Of a stretch of 64,000 nucleotides of DNA, positions 1 to 9,500 are shown piece after piece; within the stretch, counting starts at the first letter, position 1, and the number at the start of each line of letters is the position of its first letter. A program made the position numbers and the translations under genes. The notes under the pieces are model-generated. The model had not been told where the DNA came from. It did no database searches and saw only the letters and a program-made list of their open reading frames with translations. The DNA comes from Nitrospirota bacterium (GTDB taxonomy: Bacteria > Nitrospirota > UBA9217). The stretch covers positions 352,001-416,000 of the forward strand of contig CAVWHO010000008.1 in the NCBI GenBank assembly GCA_963754875.1, read 5' to 3'.

Positions 1-2255
1 ATTGTCGTCGCCCCTGAGCCCACCCCAAGGCTGCCGCCGGCCGAACTCGGTCCGAAGTTGTTATTTGACGGGTCCGGCTGGTACGGATACGTTGCGCTCA
101 AGGTATGAGTGCCCACGCTCGGTGTGGTGATCGAGAAGGTTGCAACTCCGGAACTGATAAGCCCCCCTATCATCGGTGTTGCGGCGTTGCCGTCCACAAT
201 CAGTGCTACGTTGCCGACGGGGAGGAGAACCCCCGACGTCACCGTGACAGTCACGATGCCAGGCTGCCCAAACGCGATTGCGGGCGCGCTCACTGTCATG
301 TGCGTCGGCGCCTGATTCACCGTCAGGTTGCCCGATGCCGTGCTGTCGAGGAAGCTGCCCTGCGCCGTATAGGTTGCTGTTAGCGGATGGACGCCCGCAA
401 ACGGACTGGTGATCGTAAAGGTTGCGGATCCGCTTCCATTCAATGTCTGCGTTGCCGTCCCGGTGTCCCAGCTCAGCGATACGTTTCCGGTGGGCGTTCC
501 CGAGGGCGAGCTGACAGTAACCATCACAATGCCGTTTGCGCCGTAGTTCACGGTAGGAGCGGAGATTAACGTCGTCGTCGCCCCCTGGCCCACCGCCAGA
601 GAACCGTCAGCCGTGCTCCCCAGGAAATTGCCCTGGCCCACGTAGGTCGCCGTCAGGGTATGGCTGCCCACAGCCGGTTTGACGATCGTGAAGACCGTAG
701 AGCCGTTGGAGAGCGCCTGGGTCGTTGTCGGGCCGCTATCTACACTCAGTGACACGCTTCCGATTGGTACCCCCGACACCGAGCTGATGGTTACCGTTAC
801 AATGCCGTTTAATCCGTACGTTACCGAAGGCGCAGAGATTATTGTCGTCGTGCTCCCCTGGCCCACCGTCTGCGTAACTGACGCCGTTGATGTCGCAAAA
901 ATCGCGTCGCCGCTATAGGTCGCTGTTATGATATGCGTTCCCAGGGTCAGCGTAGATATGGTGAACGTTGCGGTGTTGCCGGCGAGTGGCACGGTCCCAT
1001 TCGGGAGGGCAGCACCGTTGTCAGTGAACGTTACCGTGCCGGTCGGCACGCCTGCCGAACTCGAAGGATCGCTGGAGACCGTGGTTGTGAACGTGATGGG
1101 ACTCCCATATTGTGTATTATTGTCGGATGCATAGATGCTCAGGGACGTATCTGCCTTCCCGGTGGTAAACGACCAGGTCATATCCGGCATCACATTTCCT
1201 GAAAGGTCCACAATGCCGCTCACCCGGGCCGTGTACAACATGTTGTATCCCAAAGTAAGCGAATTTGACGGCTTGTAGGAGAGCATATTCGTGGTGTTGT
1301 CATAACCGTCCAAGACATACGGGACGAGGACGGGTGTCCCGGTGGCGGTGCTGAACAGCGTGATATTGGCGGTCGCCTCATTCACGGGTTCATTGAATGT
1401 AACCTGGAGGTAGGTGGTTGCAGATACACCCGAAGCCCCCGCCGTCGGTGTCGTTGCAGTCACAACGGGAGGTGTCGTATCGAACCCTGCGCCCGTGCTG
1501 AACGTCCAGGTATAATCGCTGACCATTTTGTTCCCTACCAGGTCCTTTAGCCCGGCCTTCACGGCGGCCTTATACACTGTGTTCCCGTCCAGACTGATTG
1601 CCGGCGGCGTAAACAGGGGCGTAAAAGTGGCGGTGGTCGCTCCATTATAATTCATGGTGCACGTGACGGCGGACATGGTGCTCTGATTGATGAGCTGAAA
1701 TGTCAGCGTACTTGCAGTCACAGGCTCGGTGAACTCTACGTTGATGCTGCTGTTCACGGCCACACCCGTGCTCGTCGCCGACGGCGATGAGTAGAGAATA
1801 CTCGGCGGCGTTGTGTCCGGCAGCGGTTGCGTGCTGAAAAAGAAGACGAAGGGGGTCCCCATCGAGATCCCGTAAGTATCCTGCACGCTGCCGTCTATCG
1901 TTACCGTATAGGTGGTGCCGGGGGTCAATTGTTGCGCCGGCGTGAAGGTGGCAGAACCGTTCGCGTAACCGACCGATCCTACGATCGGGCTCGTTCCGGT
2001 GCTAACGCTAACGACCTGAATCGTTTGGCCATTAATGGTAGACGGAGTCATTTCTTTGGTGAACGTGATCACGATCGAACCGTCGAGCGCGAACCCCAAC
2101 GTCCCGTTGTTCCCGGTCCCGTCGGCAGGGATCGTGGATTTGATGGTGGGCGGCGTTTTATCGGCAGGAGGCATCGGGCCTTCACGGCCGCAGGTCATTA
2201 ACACCAATGCCGCCGCCTGGATCAAAAATAGCAGCATAACGGGCAGCTTTTTCAT
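1..2255 (-). CDS. Ig-like repeat surface lipoprotein (3 Big_5/SbsA-type domains followed by at least 4 group-3 Ig-like domains); 3' end lies beyond the left edge
   Basis: Manual translation of the minus strand from ATG 2255 (SD GAAGGAG upstream) gives MKKLPVMLLFLIQAAALVLMTC with a lipoprotein-like Cys. Three DxTPP-initiated domains end in FFFST, WTFST and WSFTT, followed by about 90-aa units with GxHxLTATY. The frame is open to base 3. The ORF track misses it because its stop is outside the window. Confidence 0.85.
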   Translation of the reverse strand, partial: MKKLPVMLLFLIQAAALVLMTCGREGPMPPADKTPPTIKSTIPADGTGNNGTLGFALDGSIVITFTKEMTPSTINGQTIQVVSVSTGTSPIVGSVGYANGSATFTPAQQLTPGTTYTVTIDGSVQDTYGISMGTPFVFFFSTQPLPDTTPPSILYSSPSATSTGVAVNSSINVEFTEPVTASTLTFQLINQSTMSAVTCTMNYNGATTATFTPLFTPPAISLDGNTVYKAAVKAGLKDLVGNKMVSDYTWTFSTGAGFDTTPPVVTATTPTAGASGVSATTYLQVTFNEPVNEATANITLFSTATGTPVLVPYVLDGYDNTTNMLSYKPSNSLTLGYNMLYTARVSGIVDLSGNVMPDMTWSFTTGKADTSLSIYASDNNTQYGSPITFTTTVSSDPSSSAGVPTGTVTFTDNGAALPNGTVPLAGNTATFTISTLTLGTHIITATYSGDAIFATSTASVTQTVGQGSTTTIISAPSVTYGLNGIVTVTISSVSGVPIGSVSLSVDSGPTTTQALSNGSTVFTIVKPAVGSHTLTATYVGQGNFLGSTADGSLAVGQGATTTLISAPTVNYGANGIVMVTVSSPSGTPTGNVSLSWDTGTATQTLNGSGSATFTITSPFAGVHPLTATYTAQGSFLDSTASGNLTVNQAPTHMTVSAPAIAFGQPGIVTVTVTSGVLLPVGNVALIVDGNAATPMIGGLISSGVATFSITTPSVGTHTLSATYPYQPDPSNNNFGPSSAGGSLGVGSGATT

Positions 2256-2333
2256 ATGTATTCTCCTTCACCTGTACCGGGCGGCAACTGATACCCCTAC
2301 CTTCAGTCACGACGGGAAAGTAGCCGCGTCATA

Positions 2334-3629
2334 TCAAAAACGCTTGGATAGATCCACGGAAACTCTGTTATCCCTGCTGTTTTGAGAGTAGATATCCGGC
2401 GAGTAGGCATAAGTGTAAGCGTAGTTCACTGCAAAAGTGAGGTCCTGCAGCATATTGCGTTCGAACCTCGTCGCGATTTGATAGACATACGTATCCGCGT
2501 CCAGCAAATAGTCATGAAGAACCGTATTGCTTATTTCGCCCGACACCGTCGAGCGGGGGGTGAGTACGTGTCGCATCCTGCCGGAAATTGCGTATGCGGT
2601 CGTCATGAGGTAGTCGGTCGGCGAATCTCGGTACTCGTACCAGCCCGCTACACCGCTGAGGGAAGTCCTCGTTGTTGCTTCCCTCGTAAGAGTGGCCTCA
2701 AGCTGGTCCACCCTTCTCAGAACATAAAAGGGATCAGGAACATAGTCCGTCTTGGTCTCAACCCTAAGCGTCATGGTGGAGTAACGATGGTTGAAACCGA
2801 GGTCCCAAAGAAGATGGTGTATATTCTCGTAGCCCGCGAACCGCACCCACGTTTCCCCGAGCGTGCAAAAAATGGAAGAGCCTGGTGCATAGGTATAGAC
2901 GGGCCCGGTGACGATGTCCGTCTTAAAATAGCCGTTTAAGCTGTTGAGACCCCGCGTGTAACGCATGCCTCCCGTGATCGACAGATTCGATGAAAGAGAC
3001 GAACTCATAACGAGATAACCCGTATGGTCAATAGTGTCGAAGGCTGTAGGGTCCTTATACCAGGAGCTCCCATACTGGTACCCGATCTGTACCGTATGTG
3101 AAGGCCCGGAGACCAGATTCAGATAAGGGTTCACTGTGAAGATATTCTGGTCGGACTGATTCAAGGACAGGCTTTCCTGGGAATAATTTCGCGTAATATC
3201 GAGTGAGACCCTCTGATAGACATCTGTCATATCCATAAAAAATAAATTGTTAATCAGGTTGGTATGTTCAAGGACATTGGCGCGGTATGTCGTGTCTCTT
3301 GGCACCGTATCTTTGGCGTAGTATCGATAATCATAGGCATAGTCTATGTTCCAGGTCCAAAACGACGTACTGTGGGCAAGAGTAAAGGCCGGTACTATTC
3401 TTGTTATAAAATCTCCTTGTAAGCCGGTCGGCGTCAGAAAAATATTATCGTCGTACTCCTCGCTCACCATGATGGATGGACGGATATCGAACTGTGCGGC
3501 CGCCGCATCATCAGGGCAAAGCGCGAACAGTGAAGCCAGTCCCGTGAGGAAGCAGAAGAGCGCGAAGTGTGCGGCAATGACGATTCCGGGGCTACGCATT
3601 CTCAGGGATCGGGCCATTATTTTCGTCAT
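2334..3629 (-). CDS. Outer-membrane beta-barrel of PEP-CTERM/XrtA EPS loci (TIGR03016-like)
   Basis: Signal peptide, IRPSIMVSEEYDDNIFL N-terminal motif, alternating Tyr-rich beta-strands, C-terminal Phe, and position in the EPS export operon. The start may be at 3617 or 3599. Confidence 0.8.
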   Translation of the reverse strand: MTKIMARSLRMRSPGIVIAAHFALFCFLTGLASLFALCPDDAAAAQFDIRPSIMVSEEYDDNIFLTPTGLQGDFITRIVPAFTLAHSTSFWTWNIDYAYDYRYYAKDTVPRDTTYRANVLEHTNLINNLFFMDMTDVYQRVSLDITRNYSQESLSLNQSDQNIFTVNPYLNLVSGPSHTVQIGYQYGSSWYKDPTAFDTIDHTGYLVMSSSLSSNLSITGGMRYTRGLNSLNGYFKTDIVTGPVYTYAPGSSIFCTLGETWVRFAGYENIHHLLWDLGFNHRYSTMTLRVETKTDYVPDPFYVLRRVDQLEATLTREATTRTSLSGVAGWYEYRDSPTDYLMTTAYAISGRMRHVLTPRSTVSGEISNTVLHDYLLDADTYVYQIATRFERNMLQDLTFAVNYAYTYAYSPDIYSQNSRDNRVSVDLSKRF

Positions 3630-4707
3630 CTCTCCTGGCTGATTTATTTTCCGCGACGTCTGCGCTGTTGTCGGCGGCGCCCGCCGTGTCCACGGTCACG
3701 GTGCAGCCGGACCCATCAGCAGTGCCGGCTGATTTATTTCCCGCTGCCTCCGCGCCGCTTTCTGCGGCGTCCGCTCTGTTCACGGTCTCGGCAAAGCCAA
3801 CTCCGTCGTCCATGCCGACTGGTCTTTTTCCCGTATCGTCCGAACCGTTCCCGCCAGCATCGCCTGTTTTCTCGGTCTCGGTGTACTTAGAGTTGTAATA
3901 GTAGGGATAAAGATTTTTTGCGAGGTGTTTCGGCACATCGTTGAATACCGTGCCGAGTACGTTATGCCCTTTTAAAAGAGAAGCGGCCTGCGTCGCCGCT
4001 TTCATGGACGTGCGGTCCGCCTGGACGACGAAGATAATGCCGTCCGTATATTCGCAGAGCGACAGGGCGTCTGCGGTCAGGAGCAGAGGCGATGAATCGA
4101 TGATGATGTAGCGGTCACGGTACCGGAACTTGAGTTCCCGGATCAGGATTCTCATGCGCTCCGAGGAAATGAGTTCCGACGGGTTCTTCGGCGGATTTCC
4201 CGCGGGCAAGAGGACAAGCTTTCCGATCCCGGTCTTGATCATGACATCGGACAGCTCTGCGCGGGATTCCAGAAAATCGCTCAGTCCCGCCTCCGGTTTT
4301 ATGCCGAGATAGGTGTGGATGCTCGATCTTCTGAGGTCGGCATCAACAAGAAGCACGGTATGATCGATCTCCTGGGCGATGGTGACGGCGAGATTGATCG
4401 CGGTCATGCTCTTCCCCTCGCCGGCCTGGCTGCTGGTCACCATGATCGTGTTCAGATAATTCGCCTCCGTGGCACGCATAATCTTTGCGCGGAGTTTCCG
4501 GTATTCTTCGGCGGCGGTGGAGTAGGGGTCTGTTATGCTGACCAGATGCCGGTTCACACCAGCGGGATCTATCCCCGCCTCGCCGACTTCGAAGACTGAC
4601 GGATCGCACTTGCTATAGGTGGTGTGTCCGATGGTGGAGCGCCCGGGATCCATCGTGGGCCGCCTCATATTTAACGCCTTTTCAAGTGCTCGCTCTATTC
4701 TGCTCAT
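3592..4707 (-). CDS. Exopolysaccharide tyrosine autokinase (CpsD/CapB, XrtA-associated) with an acidic repeat tail
   Basis: MSRIERALEKA N-terminus, EEYRKLR, Walker A SSQAGEGKS, LLVDADLR, IIIDSSP and a Tyr cluster YPYYYNSKY. Confidence 0.92.
   Translation of the reverse strand: MSRIERALEKALNMRRPTMDPGRSTIGHTTYSKCDPSVFEVGEAGIDPAGVNRHLVSITDPYSTAAEEYRKLRAKIMRATEANYLNTIMVTSSQAGEGKSMTAINLAVTIAQEIDHTVLLVDADLRRSSIHTYLGIKPEAGLSDFLESRAELSDVMIKTGIGKLVLLPAGNPPKNPSELISSERMRILIRELKFRYRDRYIIIDSSPLLLTADALSLCEYTDGIIFVVQADRTSMKAATQAASLLKGHNVLGTVFNDVPKHLAKNLYPYYYNSKYTETEKTGDAGGNGSDDTGKRPVGMDDGVGFAETVNRADAAESGAEAAGNKSAGTADGSGCTVTVDTAGAADNSADVAENKSARRDDENNGPIPENA
3613..3882 (-). repeat. Three degenerate 90-nt (30-aa) tandem units in the kinase C-terminal tail
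   Basis: ggctgatttattt(t/c)ccgc at 3637 and 3727 and gactggtctttttcccgt at 3817; cacggtcacg, cacggtctcg and ctcggtctcg at 3691, 3781 and 3871. The period is exactly 90 nt. Confidence 0.75.
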
Positions 4708-4723
4708 GTAATCTCCCCGTGGA

Positions 4724-6295
4724 TCAATGATTGCCTAGTATTCCCATCCGATAGAGTATCTCGGCGATAAGCACCACGCCGATAAGGGAAAGATAGGCTG
4801 CCGCTGCCTTAAACACTTTTTTGTCCATCAGTTTCTCGTTCTGGACGTCGGCGTCGATGACGATAGCGGGAACGGCCGCCAGGACCGGAAGATTCAATGC
4901 TCTCCGGAGAGAATCCTCATCCTTGAACGAATTGTTGAAATAATCGAAACCGATGGCGGTGCCCACGCCTGACGCTATCCCGACGAAAAGTCCGGCAAAG
5001 ATCAGGAGGATCCTGTTCGGCTGGACGGGAATGCGCGGAACGAGCGGGGGATCTACCACATGATATTGTGTGCTTTTATCTGCGAGTTCCAGGTTCTTCG
5101 ACAGCCGTGCATTTTCAAGCTTCTGCAGGAGATCATCGTATACTTTCTGGGTGACATTTCTGTCCCGCTGAAGTTTTGACCACTCTTCCTGTTCCTTCGG
5201 CATCCGTCCGAGAACCCGGCGACTTGAATTCTGCTGTGAAGAAAGTTCTTCCAGCCTCGCCTTCAGGGATTCAAGCTCCGTATCGGTCTTCTGCAGCTCT
5301 TCCTTGATTTGCCGGTATACGGGGTTCATTGCCTTCATCTCTCCGCGCGTAACATTGCCTTTTTCCGCGTTTGCCGGCTGCGCCATCTGCTTTTGCAGCT
5401 CGTCTATTTCGCTTTTTACCTTGACGACTTCGGGATAGTTTTCCGTATACTTGGACATCAGGACCATGAGTTGGCTGTTGAGGTAATTCAACCGCGCCTC
5501 CGGCGAATTCTCATTCGATACAAATGCAACGGTAAGTTCTTTTTCTCCGGAGAGCTGCTTCTGCAGACTTTCCCGTTTCCTGAGGAGCTCCTTCTTCCTG
5601 ATTTCTCCGTCGCTTATGGCCGATTGAAAATTCTCCAATCTCCCGACGATGGTGTTTTCATTCTGCGGGATCATCTGAGGGTTCCTCTCCCGAAAATCCC
5701 GGATCGCCTTATCGGAAGCCTCCAGTTTTTCCTTATACTCCGTGATCTGGTCCTGAATGAACTCATATGCGCCTACGGCGTCGGAACGCTGGAATTCAAC
5801 GCTGTTTTCGATGAATTCCTTTACGAGCGTATCGACCATCTTTTGCACCTTCTTGGGATCGCCTCCCCGGTACGCGACCGTAAACAGATCGCTTTCGCGC
5901 TCCCCGAAACTTTGCATCGTCACGGTGATGCTCTTCTGTATGGATGTCGCCAGCTCATCGTCCTGGCTGGGATATTTGAAGCCGGCGTCCAGGCCAAGTT
6001 TCTTAATGACCTGTTCTATAAGGCTCCTGCTGGTGATCCTGTTGCGGATATTCCGCTGCCGTTCTACTGTGGAAACGGAAACCCCCGTTCCTTGTATGAG
6101 CGGTTTGACGATGCCGGCGTTTTCAATGGCTACGGTGCAGCTTGCCTCAAAGGTCTTGGGTATCAGAAAGCTTCCCCACGTAAAGAGCGAAAGTACACCA
6201 ATCGCTACCGCCAGGACTATATATCTTCTCCTGTGGATCAATCCGAGGTACCGCTTAATTTCGAAGTTGACGTTGGCTTGACTGTTTTCCTGCAT
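4724..6295 (-). CDS. Polysaccharide chain-length determinant / co-polymerase (Wzc N-terminal, GumC-like, XrtA system)
   Basis: N-terminal TM, long coiled coil, KYTENYPEVVKVK motif, VVDPPLVPRIPVQPNR followed by a Gly-rich TM. Confidence 0.92.
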   Translation of the reverse strand: MQENSQANVNFEIKRYLGLIHRRRYIVLAVAIGVLSLFTWGSFLIPKTFEASCTVAIENAGIVKPLIQGTGVSVSTVERQRNIRNRITSRSLIEQVIKKLGLDAGFKYPSQDDELATSIQKSITVTMQSFGERESDLFTVAYRGGDPKKVQKMVDTLVKEFIENSVEFQRSDAVGAYEFIQDQITEYKEKLEASDKAIRDFRERNPQMIPQNENTIVGRLENFQSAISDGEIRKKELLRKRESLQKQLSGEKELTVAFVSNENSPEARLNYLNSQLMVLMSKYTENYPEVVKVKSEIDELQKQMAQPANAEKGNVTRGEMKAMNPVYRQIKEELQKTDTELESLKARLEELSSQQNSSRRVLGRMPKEQEEWSKLQRDRNVTQKVYDDLLQKLENARLSKNLELADKSTQYHVVDPPLVPRIPVQPNRILLIFAGLFVGIASGVGTAIGFDYFNNSFKDEDSLRRALNLPVLAAVPAIVIDADVQNEKLMDKKVFKAAAAYLSLIGVVLIAEILYRMGILGNH

Positions 6296-6305
6296 GATGA
6301 TCTCC

Positions 6306-7181
6306 CTAGAAAAATCCGGTTTGTACCATAACGATGTCGCCGGGCTTCAGAAGTACGTTTTTTGAATTTTTGCCGTTCATGACGTCCTTCAGCCTGACGT
6401 TGATTTTCGTGGCCTCTTTTCCCTCTTTTCTTACGACAAGCACGTCATTCTGACTCGCGAATTCCGTAAACCCTCCTGCGCTCAGTACGGCATCGAGCGC
6501 AGTCATGCCCTCGGCATAAGGAATCGAGCCCGGCGTTCTGACCGCGCCGGTGACCCGAATACGGTTCGTGTAGCCGCCTGGCAGGTAAATGACATCATTC
6601 GCTTGAAGTGCAACGTCCTGGGAATAATCGCCGCTTTTCATCAGTTGTTCAAAATTGACGGGAAGTTTCGTCCCGTCTCTCAGCAAATAGGCATTGCCGA
6701 GATCGATCTCACTGAGAGATCCGAGCTGTGCAAGGAGTTGAAGGAGCGTCGTATGTCTTCGCAGGGTGATTTGCCCTGATGACGATGTACCACCGGACGG
6801 GGCGGCGCCTCCCGGGGCACTCGCGGCGGGCAGGAGGACTTTCGATGCGCCGTCGCCAAAGATATAGACCTTGAAGCTGTTAATTGCCGTCACGATAACG
6901 CTGACAACCGGAGCTTTCACATAGCGACCAAGTTCTTTTTCCAGGCTCTTTTTTAGTTCCAGGGGAGTCAGGCCGGACGCTTTTATATCACCCACGAGGG
7001 GCATCGACAGCATACCGTCGGGCCTCACCGGGACCGTAACGCTGAGGTCAGCGTTTCCCCAGACAGAAATTTGGATCATGTCCTCTTCACCGATGACGTA
7101 TCCTTCTGCCGAAGCCTTGGAGATCATCGTGATCGATAACAACAGCGCTCCGAAATACCACAGTATCTTTATCTTTCCCAT
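6306..7181 (-). CDS. Polysaccharide export protein (Wza/Poly_export plus SLBB)
   Basis: YVIGEEDMIQISVW, VRPDGMLSMPLVGDI, AVLSAGGFTEFA and LKPGDIVMV motifs. Confidence 0.92.
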   Translation of the reverse strand: MGKIKILWYFGALLLSITMISKASAEGYVIGEEDMIQISVWGNADLSVTVPVRPDGMLSMPLVGDIKASGLTPLELKKSLEKELGRYVKAPVVSVIVTAINSFKVYIFGDGASKVLLPAASAPGGAAPSGGTSSSGQITLRRHTTLLQLLAQLGSLSEIDLGNAYLLRDGTKLPVNFEQLMKSGDYSQDVALQANDVIYLPGGYTNRIRVTGAVRTPGSIPYAEGMTALDAVLSAGGFTEFASQNDVLVVRKEGKEATKINVRLKDVMNGKNSKNVLLKPGDIVMVQTGFF

Positions 7182-7189
7182 AGCTCCTC

Positions 7190-8539
7190 CTACCGTGCCC
7201 CTCTGCCGAACAGCATGACCTTCATCGTTTCAAGCATGACAAGCATGTCGAGAAAGAGCGAAAGGTGTTTTATGTAATAGAGATCATACCGCAACTTTTC
7301 GACAGAGTCCTCTGTCGAGGCCCCGTAGGCGTATCTGATCTGGGCCCAGCCGGTCAGCCCGGGCTTCACGATATGCCGCTCCGAATAGTAGGGGATGATT
7401 TCCTTCAGCTTGCATACAAATTCCGGCCGCTCCGGCCGAGGACCGATGAAGCTCATATCTCCCCGGAGGATGTTGTAAAATTGCGGCAGCTCATCGAGCC
7501 TCGTTTTCCTCAGGAACCTGCCGATGGTTGTGACCCGGGGATCGTTCTTTTCCGCCCACACTGCGCCGGTGCTTTCTTCCGCGTCCTGACGCATGGTCCT
7601 GAATTTGTAGAGCATAAATTCCTTCTCCATCCCGCCGACCCGTTTCTGGCGGAAGAAAACGGGGCCGCGGGAACCCAGCTTGATCAGGACCGCGATGGGG
7701 GGTAAGAGGGGGATGGTGATCAGCATCCCGGCCAGCGAGCACAGAATGTCGAATATCCTTTTGAAAATCCGCTTAGTTTCGGTAATCCTGAAACCATCCG
7801 AAAAAAAGAACGAGCTGGGAGTGATATTTTCGATGAGGAGCTTTCCCGTCAATTCTTCGTAGAACGATGTGGCGTCAACCACTTCGATGCCGCTCATTTT
7901 GCATTTCAAGACAACCTGCAGCGGCAAAACGCCTCTCCGCTCGGACAGCGATATGACGAGCTTGTGCGCCTTTTGAAAGCGGATTGTCTCAAAAAGGCTG
8001 CTCCCCTTCCCCACGATGGCATACTCGGGGACGGTGACCGGTTCACCCGTCAGGTCCACGTACCCTTTGAGGACATGCTTATGATTTGTGGATTCTATAA
8101 GATCCCCAACCTTTTTTGCCAAAGGACCGGTCCCCAGTACCAGAACCCTTCGTGCGAGCTGTGAAGAATTCTGCAATGCCGAAAAGCACAGATGCCACAG
8201 AAACTGGAATGCCCATAAAAAAGCGAGAGAAATAGCAAATATACCGCGGCCGAACTTGACCGCAGGCATCATGTAATAAACAGATGTGAGCGTCATGAAA
8301 GACACTCCGATCGCGGCCAGAGATCTGAGCAGGACTTCCCGCTTTTTCATCTGTTTGTCGGGGTTATAGAGCTCAAAGAGATAGGAGAAAAACAGAGGCA
8401 CCCCGATAAATGCAGCCATATGCGGCAGATCCATTAGTGAAGCAGGATCTCCCTCTCCGAATCGCAGGAGGAAGCCTATGTAGACTCCCGCGACGGCGAG
8501 AAGCCCATCCCCTATCAGTAAAACAAAGAAACTAAGCAT
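7190..8539 (-). CDS. Priming polyprenyl-phosphate glycosylphosphotransferase (TIGR03013-like sugar transferase)
   Basis: N-terminal TMs, KRIFDI, KFRTM, DPRVT, RLDELPQ, GPRPERP and KPGLTGWAQ. Start moved from 8686 to ATG 8539, which has an AAGGA SD. Confidence 0.93.
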   Translation of the reverse strand: MLSFFVLLIGDGLLAVAGVYIGFLLRFGEGDPASLMDLPHMAAFIGVPLFFSYLFELYNPDKQMKKREVLLRSLAAIGVSFMTLTSVYYMMPAVKFGRGIFAISLAFLWAFQFLWHLCFSALQNSSQLARRVLVLGTGPLAKKVGDLIESTNHKHVLKGYVDLTGEPVTVPEYAIVGKGSSLFETIRFQKAHKLVISLSERRGVLPLQVVLKCKMSGIEVVDATSFYEELTGKLLIENITPSSFFFSDGFRITETKRIFKRIFDILCSLAGMLITIPLLPPIAVLIKLGSRGPVFFRQKRVGGMEKEFMLYKFRTMRQDAEESTGAVWAEKNDPRVTTIGRFLRKTRLDELPQFYNILRGDMSFIGPRPERPEFVCKLKEIIPYYSERHIVKPGLTGWAQIRYAYGASTEDSVEKLRYDLYYIKHLSLFLDMLVMLETMKVMLFGRGAR

Positions 8540-8666
8540 GAGTGTCTGTCCTTTTGTGATGTTTTGCCTGCTGCATATTCCCCGATCCCCGCTCCTCTGC
8601 AATGCCTTCGGCTCAGAGCTGCCGGCTCCGGCTGTTGAATTTTCTGCGATCTCGTGTTTTTTGCGA

Positions 8667-8726
8667 CTCAATGCTCTTTTCAGCATCGCCGCTTGGTCCG
8701 TACGCTTCTCTCAATGCTCCGCCCCT
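8667..8726 (-). promoter_or_regulatory. Candidate ops/JUMPstart-like antitermination element in the leader downstream of the NusG paralog
   Basis: Minus strand reads AGGGGCGGAGCATTGAG, similar to ops GGGGCGGTAGCGTG with one base missing. GAGCATTGAG occurs twice (8710-8719 and 8667-8676). Confidence 0.35.
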
Positions 8727-8833
8727 CCGGTTACAGACACATAACCAACAAAGGTCTCTCCGAGGCTTCGCGGACGCTTTGATGTCCCTGCACGTCGCAA
8801 GCGCCAGTGAATGGCACCGGGCAAGGATGGATG

Positions 8834-9406
8834 CTATGCCGATTCAATATCCTGAGCACAGATTTTTACCGTGATGCTCCTGCCGAGCAGTTCCACATTG
8901 ACCGAGAAAAGATAATCGTTTCCCTTCTTGCTCAGGACGCCCTCCGCATTCAGGAGAGGCCCGTTCTTTACGCGCACCCGCGTCCCTTCCTTCAAATGGG
9001 GGTAAATTTCGACGTTTTCACTGCTTCCGATCAAAAGCCTGAGCGATGCGATTTCTTCGGGATCCACGGGCGTCGGCGTGGACGACTCCAGGGAGACGAA
9101 CGCCACAACCCCCTGCGTCTTGAGCACATAAAGAAACGCGCCGGGATATGCCGGCACCTTGACAAAAACATATCCCGGGAACAAGGGATGTTCGATCATC
9201 TTTATCCGGTCTTTCCATTGGCTGCTCTTCCTGACGGACGGCAAAAAAGTCTCAATGCCCTTCCGTAGCAGTTCGTTATATACGACAAATTCATGGCGCG
9301 ACTTTACGTAGACGACATACCACGGACAAGCAGAGGCCGTAGCTTCCTGCGCCCGCATTGCCGGTTCGTATTCTGCAATCGCATTATCGAGAACCTGGTA
9401 TTCCAC
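8834..9406 (-). CDS. NusG-paralog transcription antiterminator (UpxY/RfaH/LoaP-like)
   Basis: NGN motifs WYVVYVKSRHE and PLFPGYVFV, KOW motif VRVKNGPLLNAEG. GTG start at 9406 has GGAGG 8 nt upstream. Confidence 0.9.
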   Translation of the reverse strand: MEYQVLDNAIAEYEPAMRAQEATASACPWYVVYVKSRHEFVVYNELLRKGIETFLPSVRKSSQWKDRIKMIEHPLFPGYVFVKVPAYPGAFLYVLKTQGVVAFVSLESSTPTPVDPEEIASLRLLIGSSENVEIYPHLKEGTRVRVKNGPLLNAEGVLSKKGNDYLFSVNVELLGRSITVKICAQDIESA

Positions 9407-9500
9407 GTTTCCATCCTCCCCGTGGTCTTCGTCCGGCTGTTTCCGGCCTGGACTTGTCCGGCCCTGGGGTCTAAAGTGCTCCACCGCCTGCAATTGCGCT

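Noticed and set aside
105..2385. Numerous short plus-strand ORFs at the left end
   Set aside because: They are antisense shadows of the repetitive minus-strand Ig-like gene.
8540..8686. N-terminal extension of the sugar transferase in the ORF track (similar extensions at 9407-9526, 10891-11103, 40250-40390 and 58191-58268)
   Set aside because: Downstream starts have better SD, promoter or family N-terminus support, and the extensions overlap regulatory elements or other genes.
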